This document shows, in pieces, positions 1-11,671 of a stretch of DNA of 64,000 nt. Each line of letters opens with the position of its first letter. Positions within the stretch are counted from its first letter, which is position 1. The notes under the pieces were generated by a model. That model ran no database searches, was not told the DNA's origin, and worked only from the letters and a program-made list of their open reading frames with translations. Source of the DNA: Octopus sinensis (taxonomy: Eukaryota); the NCBI RefSeq assembly GCF_006345805.1, contig NC_042999.1, forward strand, positions 41,726,001 to 41,790,000. Reading direction: 5' to 3'. A program made the position numbers and the translations under genes.

Positions 1-242
1 CCAAAGATTCTTTGAAAGCTGCCATAGTCAGAGTAATGTCCAAAATCAAGCAGGATCTCTTGATTCAAGCATGCAGATGATTTAGATTTCATATAGAAGC
101 AGAAGATGGCTTTATAGAACAACATTATAGAAATTTCTTTTTATCCTCATAGCATTTTTTATGAATAAATTTATTATCTGTCATTATATAGCTGCTTTTT
201 TGTATAAACATAAACCTGTCGTCAAATATCTTACGCACCCTG
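1..242 (+). mobile_element. 3' end of a degenerate Tc1/mariner-superfamily DNA transposon (transposase C-terminus plus right TIR)
   Basis: Frame from nt 3 reads KDSLKAAIVRVMSKIKQDLLIQACR*FRFHIEAEDGFIE, resembling the IS630/Tc1/mariner C-terminus. The element ends ...ATCTTACGCACCCTG|TA (a CAGGGTG-type TIR followed by the TA target). Confidence 0.7.
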
Positions 243-296
243 TATATATATATAATGATAAAACTCAGAGCGAGTTATAAACAGTAGCGGCAACAC

Positions 297-411
297 ATCG
301 TGACATATATTTGCCATTTGAATATGGCAACCCCTAAGGGTGGATGCTACAAACTACAGTAGCATCCACCCTTAGGGGTTAGCCATATTCAATGGCAAAT
401 GTACGTCACGA

Positions 412-412
<1 letters not shown>
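297..412. repeat. ~116-bp hairpin / MITE-like inverted repeat
   Basis: ATCGTGAC...GCCATTTGAATATGGCAACCCCTAAGGGTGGATGCTAC, an 8-nt loop, then GTAGCATCCACCCTTAGGGGTTAGCCATATTCAATGGC...GTCACGAT. The arms are near-perfect reverse complements. Confidence 0.85.
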
Positions 413-484
<72 letters not shown>

Positions 485-491
485 TATATAG

Positions 492-555
<64 letters not shown>

Positions 556-605
556 TTATATATATAATGTATATATATATTATATATATATATATATATA
601 TTATA

Positions 606-644
<39 letters not shown>

Positions 645-675
645 ATATATATATATATATATATAATATATAGTG

Positions 676-724
<49 letters not shown>

Positions 725-865
725 GTATATATATAGATATATATATGTATATATATATATATATATAATATATGTATATATATATATGTATGTAGTGTAT
801 ATATATAGTATGTATGTGTATATATGTATGTAGTATGTATGTATGTATGTATGTATGTATATATA
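413..865. repeat. (TA)n/(TATG)n microsatellite, representative of many such tracts (e.g. 2420-2670, 9780-9855, 58680-58860, 63220-63290)
   Basis: Directly visible dinucleotide and tetranucleotide tracts. Confidence 0.98.
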
Positions 866-898
866 CTTTTTATTGAAGGTACACAATTATCACAGAAC

Positions 899-984
899 TG
901 TTACTCGGAGTTTTACATCTCCGCTCCTCGGACAGTTGTATTTTCGTGACAACTGTCCGAGGAGAGAAGAAACTCTGAGTAACA
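899..984. repeat. Short imperfect inverted repeat, possibly an inverted Penelope-like terminal fragment
   Basis: TGTTACTCGGAGTTTT..CTCCTCGGACAGTTGT pairs with ACAACTGTCCGAGGAG..AAACTCTGAGTAACA. The family assignment is inference. Confidence 0.7.
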
Positions 985-1097
985 CATCTATGATAATTGT
1001 TTTTGCAGCTATAAATAAAAACATTACTCTACCTTTGATTTCAAGTACTTTTTTCCACAGTGTTTCGCACTTATAGGCTCACTTGTGCGTGTACATA

Positions 1098-1143
<46 letters not shown>

Positions 1144-2057
1144 GTTGCTTTTTCAGAAAACGAAAATATAATTTCAACATTTCATAGCAAAACTGTTGTA
1201 CAACATTTTGATAATTTTTGAAATCTTGGCCTCTGAAACAGCTGGAGATACGATAGTTTGACCAAAAGAATGGCTACTGCAAGCAAAAATATATATTGAA
1301 AAACATGCATTTGGCAAAATTTGGACATACAACAGTGTAACGTATGTGAGTGTGCGCATGTGCGTATGTGTGTGCGTGTATAAGTACTAGGGGTTTCTTC
1401 TACTAAACTCTTCAGCATCGCCGCAGTTTTATGCCTGAAACAAGAAAACGTTTAAAATTAAAGGTAAAAACCCTTGCCAGTCATCTTTTGCATATTTTGG
1501 TGCGGAGAACAGAAAAGAAATATAAATATAATCAACAGGTAACTTTGGTTAGAAGCTTTAATAATATAACATCCAAAATATAACAAGATATATATTTCAA
1601 ATTCAGTAAAGTAGGAAAACTATATTATAGAAAAAAACAAGAACTTATATTCACAATTGGTTATAGCAATATTATACAATATGGTAAACACTAATATTAT
1701 AGCAATATTGTATAATATAGCAAACGTTCCAGGCTTCATGGTTAAGTATGTAACCATTATAATTCAATCGGCGTTTATTAGAGAATAACGCTAACAACAA
1801 ATACGTCCACTGAATAGTTGAAGTCTGGTTTGTAGTTTGCCGGACAGAAATATCATCCAATTAAGTAACCACATATTTCATCGTTGAGATTTCCCAGACT
1901 TACATATGTAATATTACTGGACACTAGTTATTTATCATCAATAACAGCCTCCTAGCAATAGCCAAACATTTCCAGCGAAGCATACATAACCTTGTCGTTA
2001 GAATCATTAATGGTAAATATTTCAACTTGAAGGCGACAGAGAAAGAAAATGAGAGAT

Positions 2058-2109
<52 letters not shown>

Positions 2110-2431
2110 CGAAGAAGTAATAAGAAATGGGTTGAATCGACACTCACAGAAGATTGATATATTTTAATCCAATATTCACTCGATAAGTTTCAACATTGAT
2201 TTACATTCTAGGACCAAATATCAACGTCAGAAATAATTATCCTCGCATTCTTTTGTAACTTGACAAACGTTGAAGATGTGATCTTATGAAAAATTTCGAA
2301 AATCATTTCTATCACGTAACACCCCCCCCCACACACACATACGTACACACATGCATATACAAACACACATACACAAATACACATACACACACAACCCTAT
2401 ATACACGCGTATGTATATTAAATGTATATAT

Positions 2432-2549
<118 letters not shown>

Positions 2550-2628
2550 ATATATATATATATATAATATGTTATATATATATAATGCATATATATATCT
2601 ATATATATTATAATATATATATATATAT

Positions 2629-2668
<40 letters not shown>

Positions 2669-2673
2669 TAATA

Positions 2674-2898
2674 CGAACTGGCAGAAACGTTAGCACGCCG
2701 GGCGAAATGCGTAGCCGTATTTCGTCTGCCGTTACGTTCTGAGTTCAAATTCCGTCGAGGTCGACTTTGCCTTTCATCCTTTCGGGGTCGATAAATTAAG
2801 TACCAGTTATGCACTGGGGTCGATGTAATCGACTTAATCCGTTTGTCTGTCCTTGTTTATCCCCTCTGTGTTTAGCCCCTTGTGGGTAGTAAAGAAAT
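2674..2898 (+). mobile_element. SINE family A (cephalopod-type, Meta/MESC-like central domain)
   Basis: Near-identical to copies at 7110, 57588 and 60414. Contains B-box-like GAGTTCAAATTCC and central GTCGACTTTGCCTTTCATCCTTTCGGGGTCGATAAATTAAGTACC. Confidence 0.85.
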
Positions 2899-3154
2899 AT
2901 ATATATATACACACACATTTATATTTATAATATATCGTTCTTTTCCTTGATATATTGTTTTAGAACGTTTAACATCCAAACCGCCAAGGATCGGCTAGAG
3001 AAACCGAAATAGCAACCAAAATCTCTTTCATTACTCGTACTTGTCATACGAAACGAAGAACACATTGAATAATATAATGCTCAAATATAATGCTCAAATA
3101 TCCAATAGCAATTGTTCTCTTCCATTACAGGAATATAACAGAAACACTAACATA

Positions 3155-3333
3155 GGTGCAGGAGTGGCTGTGTGGTAAGTAGCTTGTTTACCAACCACAA
3201 GGTTCCAGGTTCAGTCCCACTGCGTGGCAACTTGGGCAACTGTCTTCTACTATAGCCTCGGGCCGACCAAAGCCTTGTGAGTGGATTTGGTAGATGGAAA
3301 CTGAAAGAAGCCCGTCGTATATATGTATATATG

Positions 3334-3371
<38 letters not shown>

Positions 3372-3582
3372 TTTGTGTATCTGTGTTTGTCCCCCCAACA
3401 TCGCTTGACAACCGATGCTGGTGTGTTTATGTCCCTGTCACTTAGCGGTTCGGCAAAGAAACCGATAGAATAAGTACTGGGCTTACAAAGAATAAGTCCC
3501 GGGGTCGAGTTGCTCGATTAAAGGCTGTGCTCCAGCATGGCCACAGTCAAATGACTGAAACAAGTGAAAGAGTAAAAGAGTA
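3155..3582 (+). mobile_element. SINE family B (tRNA-derived, CORE-like domain, internal TA/TG microsatellite)
   Basis: A-box TGGCTGTGTGG, B-box GGTTCAGTCCC, CORE-like CTTGGGCAA, and a (GAGTAAAA)n tail. Copies at 8535, 14064 (-), 56971 and 62067. Confidence 0.85.
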
Positions 3583-4073
3583 TACCGCATAAATATCAGA
3601 AAGAAAGACATACGCACACAACTCTGAGATACCTACAGTTAACGAAGGCTGGAATCGCCAACTGGATTCCAGCACTCACCAACATAAGATATGCAATGAG
3701 GAACAACAATGGCTGTTAACAGTGCCGGTCTCCTTCTTTGTGGAGTAGGAGCAGGTTCAATTTCTAGAATTTGCATTTATAGAGATTTCATATACAAAGG
3801 CACTGCCTGCGTTTTCTGCTTCTGGTAGCTGAAATCTAAGATGGATGCAGTCTTGTTGAGTTTCGTCATACCAACAAAGTATTCGTCTGTGTTGAAATTA
3901 TTCATTTTCCAATCTAGCCCAGCAATGACTCCAGCAGCGTGCCATCTTTTGAATTGGAAAATGTGTATGTATGTATGTATATGTGTCATCTTCGTAGTCA
4001 TAAAACGAGACAGATGAATGACAACCTGGCCACTGGTGGTGGTGTAACACACCATACTAATCATATCTCTCGG

Positions 4074-4300
4074 GAATGTGGAAGACAGTGTAATTCGGCA
4101 GGAGGACTTAAATGACATGCAAAGGTACATGAAACCCAGTTACAACAACAGCCGGTTATTACCAGTAAAGGTTTTAGTTGCCAATTTTGCACAAGACATT
4201 GTAGATCTTTGGCTGAGCTAAAAAGTCACATTCGATCACAGCACCAGTAACAGTTAAGCTTCGAGCGATGGCCATACTCGATAACGAGGGGGCAGCCATA
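4074..4300 (+). pseudogene. Degenerate tandem C2H2 zinc-finger segment, probably the 3' end of an RTE-type LINE
   Basis: Reads ECGRQCNSAGGLK*HAKVH...FSCQFCTRHCRSLAELKSHIRSQHQ* (two C2H2-like fingers, one with a stop). It is followed by a short stem-loop tail (GGCCATACTCGATAACGAGGGGGCAGCC) resembling RTE 3' ends. Confidence 0.55.
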
Positions 4301-5008
4301 ATGTATATGTGCAGGTTTGTATGTTTTGCTTTATGTATGCATTCTCATGCAAATAGTTGCATATCTAGACATGTTCATATATATATCTAAATGATAAACT
4401 TCTGGATAGTTTTACAGGTTTTTACATTTCCAGTGATGCATTGGATGTGTAGTCTTCAAATTAGCTTTCTCCTTTCTGGTTTTCAGAAGCCTAAATTCTC
4501 AAGATTGGTATTTAGGCAGTGTGTTACATATCACAGGCCCCTAATAGTTACAGGTATTAATCTGAATTTGCAATCTAGATAGAGAGACTGCAGATTTCTC
4601 AATAGTTCAGCGTAGGTATTCTCTTTTTTATTGATCTTCAGATTCATGTTAACGTCCGCTGGGCAGCAAATTTCCACAATTGTACACGGTTTCTGTTCTA
4701 TATCCCAATCATTAAATCATGTACATATATGTATGTATGTATGTATTAATGTATGTATCTATGTATGTATGTATGAATATTTGTATATATGTAGGTGTGT
4801 GTATGTAAGTAGGTAGATAGGTATGTATGTAGGTACCTAGGTAATCAGGTAAGTATGTGTATATAAGAGTGTATATATATATATATGTATATACACACTT
4901 AGATATACATACCTGCCTACCTACATACACATATGTGTATGTGCGCGCGCGCGCGAGTATGTGTCCATATAATATATTATATATAATATATATATATATA
5001 TATATAGG

Positions 5009-5346
5009 GGTAAAATATGAAGAATCAACGAAAATGCATATTGCAAATAGAAAAAGGCTATTTATAACAGGTAACGACAAATATATACATTTAGATTGAC
5101 TGAGGTAGTAATACGAGTCATAAAGGTCATATTATGAGATGATTATAAGATGATAATAAAGTATGAGAACAAAACGAACCAATGGTTTACGCGAAGCTAT
5201 TCATTGTTTAATCATGTCATAATAATGACTTTTATGACTCGTATTACTACCTCAGTCAATCTAAATGTATATATTTGTCGCTACCAGTCATAAATAGCCT
5301 TTTTCTATTTGCAATAGGCATTTTCGTTGATTCTTCATATTTTACC
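5009..5346. repeat. Foldback element with ~138-bp inverted arms and ~60-bp spacer
   Basis: 5009-5146 (GGTAAAATATGAAGAATCAACG...) is the near-exact reverse complement of 5209-5346 (...CGTTGATTCTTCATATTTTACC). It begins at the end of a (TA)n tract. Confidence 0.9.
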
Positions 5347-5395
5347 TTTACATTTCCACGTGTATTTTATATTTTATTTTCGTAACATATTTCTA

Positions 5396-5434
<39 letters not shown>

Positions 5435-5634
5435 TTAGAGACAAAACCACTATTTTGCAAAACAAACAAGGAAAGACTTAATCAATACATAAAATTTTAA
5501 TAAAAAGTAAAAAACCGCCACTACAATTGTTTCATGTCTAATGACAATCTTATATAATATTTTACTATAAAATTGGTTAATTTCCTAAATCTGATTTTTC
5601 CCTGTAATTTGGATTTATTCCTAATAATATTTAT

Positions 5635-5697
<63 letters not shown>

Positions 5698-5715
5698 GTA
5701 TATATGAATAGTAAA

Positions 5716-6050
5716 GCCCCTCCCCCACTTTGATCATAAATGACCATGTGACTGCACCTAGAATGTTCCCCTCCGGGTTCATGTCTGGGCAAGGTTATTT
5801 GCAGAAGACCAGCAGTCACCCATGCATAGCAGTCTTCCATCTCGACGATAAGGATGTTGTCCAAGTGACAGGCAATAGCCGCTGCAGCCTGGCACCAATG
5901 ACGTCGCAATTCATCTCTACACCGGAGTGAACCGGAGCAACGTGAAAATATGTCTTCCCCAAGAGCACAACGCACACCATGGTCCGGAAATGGACCTCAC
6001 AATGTCTCAAGTGTGAGCCCAACGCTCTAACCAGTGAGTGATCCTCCATC
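5716..6050 (-). mobile_element. Diverged tRNA-derived SINE (family D)
   Basis: Minus strand has a tRNA-like head (CTGGTTAGAGCGTTGGGCTC...GAGGTCCATTTCC) followed by TTGTGCTCTTGGGGAAGACA, a CORE/V-like motif. It is a GC-richer island between microsatellites. Confidence 0.55.
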
Positions 6051-6116
6051 TCGCACCGCGTGCTCACACATACATACATATTGTATGAATATACATATGT
6101 GTGTGTCTCTCTCTCT

Positions 6117-6203
<87 letters not shown>

Positions 6204-6321
6204 TATATATGTATATATATTGTATTTTATATGTATTAATTTTATTTCTATATTTTGGTTACGTTTTCACTGTTTGATTTGCCTAATATTGGTTTTATCT
6301 CTAATTTAATTTATATATAAT

Positions 6322-6352
<31 letters not shown>

Positions 6353-7043
6353 TATATGTATGTGTGTGTGTGTGTTGTGTGGTGTGTGTGGGGTGTGTGT
6401 GTGTGTTTGTATATATAGAGAGAGAGTGTGTTAGGTGTGGTGTACAGATATTGAATATTGAGAAAAGACGCCACCAGAATTTGGGCAAAAATCTTTTTAT
6501 TTATTCATTACTAATAGCGCTTTCGTTCTTTTTTCGGATTTGTCAAATAAAACTTTTTGAATGTTCAAGCAGCTTGTTCATTTATATAAAACAGATGTTT
6601 TGGTGGGGTTTTGTGTAGAAGAGGAGAACATGGGTTCTGTTTTTTTGGGGGTGAGGTTCCAGGACATTTGGAGATAGATAGATAGAAAGATAGGTAAGTA
6701 GGTAGGTTGATAGATAGGTAGATAGACAGATAGATAGAGAGAGAGAGGGAGAGTGAGAGGAGGGGACGGGGTATCCCCTTTCTATTCACCATTCATTCAT
6801 TTAGTCATTTACCATTGTATTGAAATGGGTTTAAGGATGGTGACCACTTCAACAAAAGAAACAGGTGTGGTGTGGTTATCACTGAATATCTTTTTGCTTT
6901 CTTTCTCCATTTTTACCACTTTTTGTCTTCTTTCTTTATCCTTTTCTTCCTTTTTTCACCTCTTTCCTTCTTTTTTCTCCTCTTTCTTTTGCTCCTCTTT
7001 GAATTATATTTAGACTACAAAATGTACTGTCTCCGCTTTTCTT

Positions 7044-7750
7044 TCAAACTGTCAATTTTGGAGAGAATTTGTTGAGGAAATGTAGTTCTAGTGCTTTTCG
7101 ATATTGCAGGGCGGCGAGCTGGCAGAAACGTTAGCACGCTGGGCGAAATTGCTTAGCGGTATTTCGTCTGTCGTTACGTTCTGAGTTCAAATTCCGCCAA
7201 GGTCGACTTTGCCTTTCATCCTTTCGGGGTCGATAAATTAAGTACCAGTTACGCACTGAGGTCGATGTAATCGACTTAATCCGTTTGTCTGTCCTTGTTT
7301 GTCCCCTCTGTGTTTAGCCCCTTGTGGGTAATAAAGAAATAGGTATTGCAGATCGTCCCGTGCACATTTGTAAAAGGGAAAAATTTTGAATTTCCCGTCA
7401 CTGCATATTTCCAGATGCTTACTTAATGGAATCTTGCGCAATTTCTCTTGCCGGATATGTTTCCTGTAGATTCCTGCAGAGGGAATTATTTGTTTCGCCA
7501 ATGTAATTTTCTTTATAGTTTGGGCAGGTGATGCTGTATACTGGGTTTTGCAGTTCATATCTGCACTTATTTTGAAAAGGGATCTGCTCTTGAATTTTAT
7601 GTGGAATCCACTTCCTAATATTTAAAGTTGTTGTTGTTGCATGTTCCACTTCTCTTACCTCCACATTCTTTTACTAAGAATTCTGATTCATTCTCCGATT
7701 TGAATTCTGCCATTGTGAGATGTTTTTTTAAAGATTTTTTGGTTGGCGTC
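7044..7750 (-). pseudogene. Penelope-like retroelement remnant (GIY-YIG endonuclease domain), interrupted by a SINE
   Basis: Frameshifted pieces give MNCKTQ / VYSITCPNYKENYIGET / KHIRQEKLRKIPLSKHLEICSDGKFKIFPFYKCARDDLQY. After removing the SINE the frame continues RKALELHFLNKFSPKLTV*. This matches the PLE GIY-YIG pattern (VY..C....YIGET ... E..F..KF.P.L). Confidence 0.8.
7110..7343 (+). mobile_element. SINE family A with 8-bp target-site duplication
   Basis: Matches the other family A copies. TATTGCAG occurs at 7102-7109 and 7344-7351. Confidence 0.9.
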
Positions 7751-7769
7751 TACCATTCCATAAGGCGTT

Positions 7770-8508
7770 TTTTCAATCAAAAACCTCTATTTCAAAAACA
7801 AACGTTGCAAAGCGTTTAGAGTGGAGTAAAAACCTACATAATTGGTCCATAGAGCAGCGGAAGAATATTATTTTCTCGGACGAGTCATCTTTTACCTTGT
7901 TTCCGACCACCAGCCGAGATTACGTGTGGAGATAGCCAAAACAAGCATTTGACCCAGACTACCTTCTTTCAACTGTTAAACATGGAGGAGGATCTGTGAT
8001 GATCCGAGGGACTATATCTTGGAAATCCGCCGGTCCAATGGTTTCCCTTTATGGCAGGTTTGATAGCCAAGACTATTTCGGCATACTATCTAATCAAATT
8101 CATCCTACGATTGCGGAACTCTTTGCGGAGGGAAACATAATCTTTCAGAATTATAATACACCATTTCACACAGCTAAAGTTGTTACTGAATGGTATGAGG
8201 AACATTCTAGTGAAGTTCAACATCTTATCTGACGACCAGAGTCCTCAGATCTCAATATTATTGAACATTTATGGTGCATTTTAGAAAAACAATTATGGAA
8301 TCGATATTCTGTACCATCATCACCACAAGAAATGGAGACTGTTTTAGCTGAAGATTGGGCAAAAATTCCTTTGGAAACAATTCAAACTTTGTACGAGTCC
8401 ATACCTCGCAGAATTCAAGCTGTAACTACTGCCAAAGGCGGTCCTGCTCCGTATTTAAATAAATTTGTTTGAAATTTTAAGGTTTTTCCATTATTTTTTC
8501 CAACCCTA
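7770..8508 (+). pseudogene. Tc1-family (DD34E-type) transposase pseudogene, catalytic domain plus right TIR
   Basis: RLEWSKNLHNWS..IIFSDESSF..VWR*..TVKHGGGSVMIRG..IIFQNYNTPFHTAK..HLI*RPESSDLNIIEHLW..LYESIPRRIQAVTTAKGGPAPY. It has two stops and a mutated second Asp, and ends ...TTTCCAACCCTA|TA. Confidence 0.9.
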
Positions 8509-8534
8509 TAAATGTATATATATATATATATAAT

Positions 8535-8696
8535 GCGCAACACTGACTAAGTGGTAAGAAACTTGCTTCCCAACCACATGGTTCTGCGTTCAATCCCGCT
8601 GTGTGGGATCTTTGGCAAGTGTCTTCTACTACAGCCTCGGGCCGACCAAGGCTTTGTGAATGAATTTCATAAACGGAAACTGAAAGAAGCTCGTTG

Positions 8697-8730
<34 letters not shown>

Positions 8731-9168
8731 ATATAATATATATATAAAGTTAATCCAAACAAGAAAACACAGAAAAAAAGAGAAAAAAAGAGAAAAAAAC
8801 ACAGCAACGCAGGACGTGGAACAATTAAAGTATTATTGACGCGCAGGAAACAAGGAGAAGGAAAGATCCCAAGGAGGGAAGACAGAGGAGAAAATATTTG
8901 AGCTGGTAGTGCTCGTCTGTGTGTGTATGTGTGTGCGTGTGTGTATTTATGTGTGTTTGTGTTTGTTTGTCCCCACCACCATCGCTTGACAACAAATGCC
9001 TGTGCGTTTATAGCCCCGCAACTTAACGGTTCGGCATAAGCGACAGATATAATAAATACTAAGCTTACAAAGAATAACACGAGGGGTAGACTTTTTCGAA
9101 TAAAAGTCGGTGTTCCGACATGGCCACAGTCAAATGACTGAAAGAAGTAAAAGAAAAGAATAAAAGAA
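8535..9168 (+). mobile_element. Diverged SINE family B copy with a nested insertion (~8745-8900) in its internal TA tract
   Basis: Head and tail match the 3155 copy. The insert is the reverse complement of part of the 63290-63497 repeat. Confidence 0.75.
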
Positions 9169-9228
9169 TATATATTAGAGAGTATTCAGTTATAGTCGAT
9201 TGTTGAATATTCAAAACGCATTATTACA

Positions 9229-9299
<71 letters not shown>

Positions 9300-9352
9300 G
9301 TGTGTGTGTGTGGTGTGTGTGTGTGTATGTATATATATATATATATATATAT

Positions 9353-9620
9353 GGAGGCGCAATGGCCTAGGGGCAGCGGACTCGCGGTCGTAGGATCGCG
9401 GTTTCGATTCCCAGACCTGGCGTTGTGGGTGTTTATTGAGCGAAAAAACACCCAGCTGTACTCTTTTCGCCACAACTTTCTCTCACTCTTTCTTCTGTTG
9501 GCCTGCTCGCTTAGCCAGCGGGGTGGCGTCATTTGAAGGCTAAAAGAATGCGAAGCGAAATGTGACCAGCGATGTGTAGCAACATCTGATAGCCTGGTCA
9601 ATCACGGTGATCACGGTGAT
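9353..9620 (+). mobile_element. tRNA-derived SINE (family C)
   Basis: A-box-like GGAGGCGCAATGGCCTAGGG, anticodon-like CGGACTCGCGGTCG, B-box GGTTTCGATTCC, and a (TCACGGTGA)2 tail. Confidence 0.7.
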
Positions 9621-9774
9621 ATATATAATAATAATTATTATGAATTCAATTGATATATATACTTGCATGTATGTATGTATGTGGTTTTACTCTATACTCT
9701 TTATCTTATATTAAACTTTTTAATACTTTTTGATAGTTATATTATAAAAAAAATTAACAATAATAATAAAAATA

Positions 9775-9858
<84 letters not shown>

Positions 9859-10330
9859 TCAATTTAGGGTAGCAAAAAATTCAATAGAAATTTATCGCTA
9901 CCAGCGGCCTAGTGGAAAAGAGAAAATAGTCAAAGACTAAAATGATTAATTGATAATTTTCTGACTAATTCTGAGATTGAATCGGCAGTTTATATTTACT
10001 GCTGATAAGTTGGCGCGAATACGTTGGTCTTGAAAATTTTAAGACAGATATTCCGGAGCCATTGATACAGACGCCTCGTGTATATTTGTCTCTCCCAGGT
10101 TTTTTCTGATGAAGTGTGATGAGCTTAATTTAATTTAATTAAGCTATAGTTTATCATTAAAAACGATGCATCGTATAAAAGATGAATTAGGGTATACGTT
10201 TTTAAATTTATTTTATTTATTTATAAATTTATAAGTATAAATTGATAATTTAAATAATTTTTAAAATTTTAACTTTAAATTTAAATTATTTAAATTTTGA
10301 ATTTTATATATTTTGTATATTATATTAATT

Positions 10331-10958
10331 GGATCTTTTCTATTCTGAAGCCAGTTTTTCAAATTTTTCCTACTGAACCAAACAATTTGAAACTTCGTAT
10401 ACTGGTAGAATGTGTCAAAAGTAAACTTAATTGTAAACCAGAATGAAAACGGAATTGTAACTTCTAAGTTTAACGTTGTTTAATAATTAGAATTTTAACC
10501 AATGATATTCCGTCATTCGGCTTTATTTTATTTACTCCGTCTCGACCACCAATTTCGTGACGTATTAAACATCTTAAATGTAAACAAGCTATAGTCAGCC
10601 ACCTTCTAATAACAAAAGTTTGTCTTTGAAGTTACCGTCTAGGGGAAGCATTGATGTACATGTGTGTGTGTGTGTGTGTGTTTGATGGGGTGTGGGAGAC
10701 AGTATGTTGTGTAAGTGAAGTGCTTCTGTTAGTGTGTGTGAAGAGACAGAGAGAGTAATGTGTGAAAGAGAGAGATAACTGAAATTTTTTACTCGGTGTA
10801 TGTGTATATGCCTGAATGTATGTGTGTACGTATCTGTGTATGTGTATGTATGTATGTATGGCCGATTCAATGTAATTTTTTACACATACTTACACACACA
10901 CACACACACATACATACATACACACATGCAGACATACATATACACATACACCGAGTAA

Positions 10959-11000
<42 letters not shown>

Positions 11001-11527
11001 TATATATATTAATTTATAAAAATATGGTAAAGTAAAAAATTACTTAACCACACACCGAGCTTTTTAGAAATAGCAGCCAAAAATTTCTCAACTGCAAGAA
11101 AAAGTCTCCCAGACAATGCATACTCAGAAATAATTCACATACGTATAAGAGAAAAACAACGAAAAATCACATGGATTCTCCGATATATGTTATAAAAATA
11201 TGGATTCTCCGATATAATTTATAAAAATATGGTAAAGTAAAAAATTACTTTACCACACACAAAGCTTTTTAGAAATAGCAGACGTCACAAAACTGCTTTC
11301 AACGTCACACTAACAGATCGCAGTAACGTTTTAGATATGAAAACAAGCAATCTCATTGGTTAAAATTCGCAGTTTTAATCTACGATTAAAGTCATAAAAT
11401 AGATTTTTCTCAAATAAACTAGTTCCAACTGGCGAATAAACTAGTTCCACTCTATGAGTACACAAAGTTTCAATTATTTAGTTAACTAGAAAGATCTGGG
11501 GTCCTGGCCACAAATTTGAAAAGATCC
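10331..11527. mobile_element. Non-autonomous TIR DNA transposon (GGATCTTTTC...GAAAAGATCC) with 8-bp TSD, Merlin/MULE-like
   Basis: TATTAATT at 10323-10330 and 11528-11535. Termini and subterminal motifs (AAACTTCGTATACT.GTAGAATGTG, TTTTAACCAAT) are shared with the 61020 element. Confidence 0.75.
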
Positions 11528-11608
11528 TATTAATTAATTTCATTTCTATGTATTGATTTATGTTTTTCACTGTTTGATTTGCCTAATAGTGGTTTTATCT
11601 CTAATTTA

Positions 11609-11671
<63 letters not shown>

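Noticed and set aside
4074-4250. Host C2H2 zinc-finger gene exon
   Set aside because: In-frame stop, no TGEKP linker, and an RTE-like tail follows, so a retroelement origin is more likely.
9353-9420. tRNA gene
   Set aside because: Deleted D-arm, no proper acceptor stem, and it continues into a SINE body and tail. The same applies to the family B heads.
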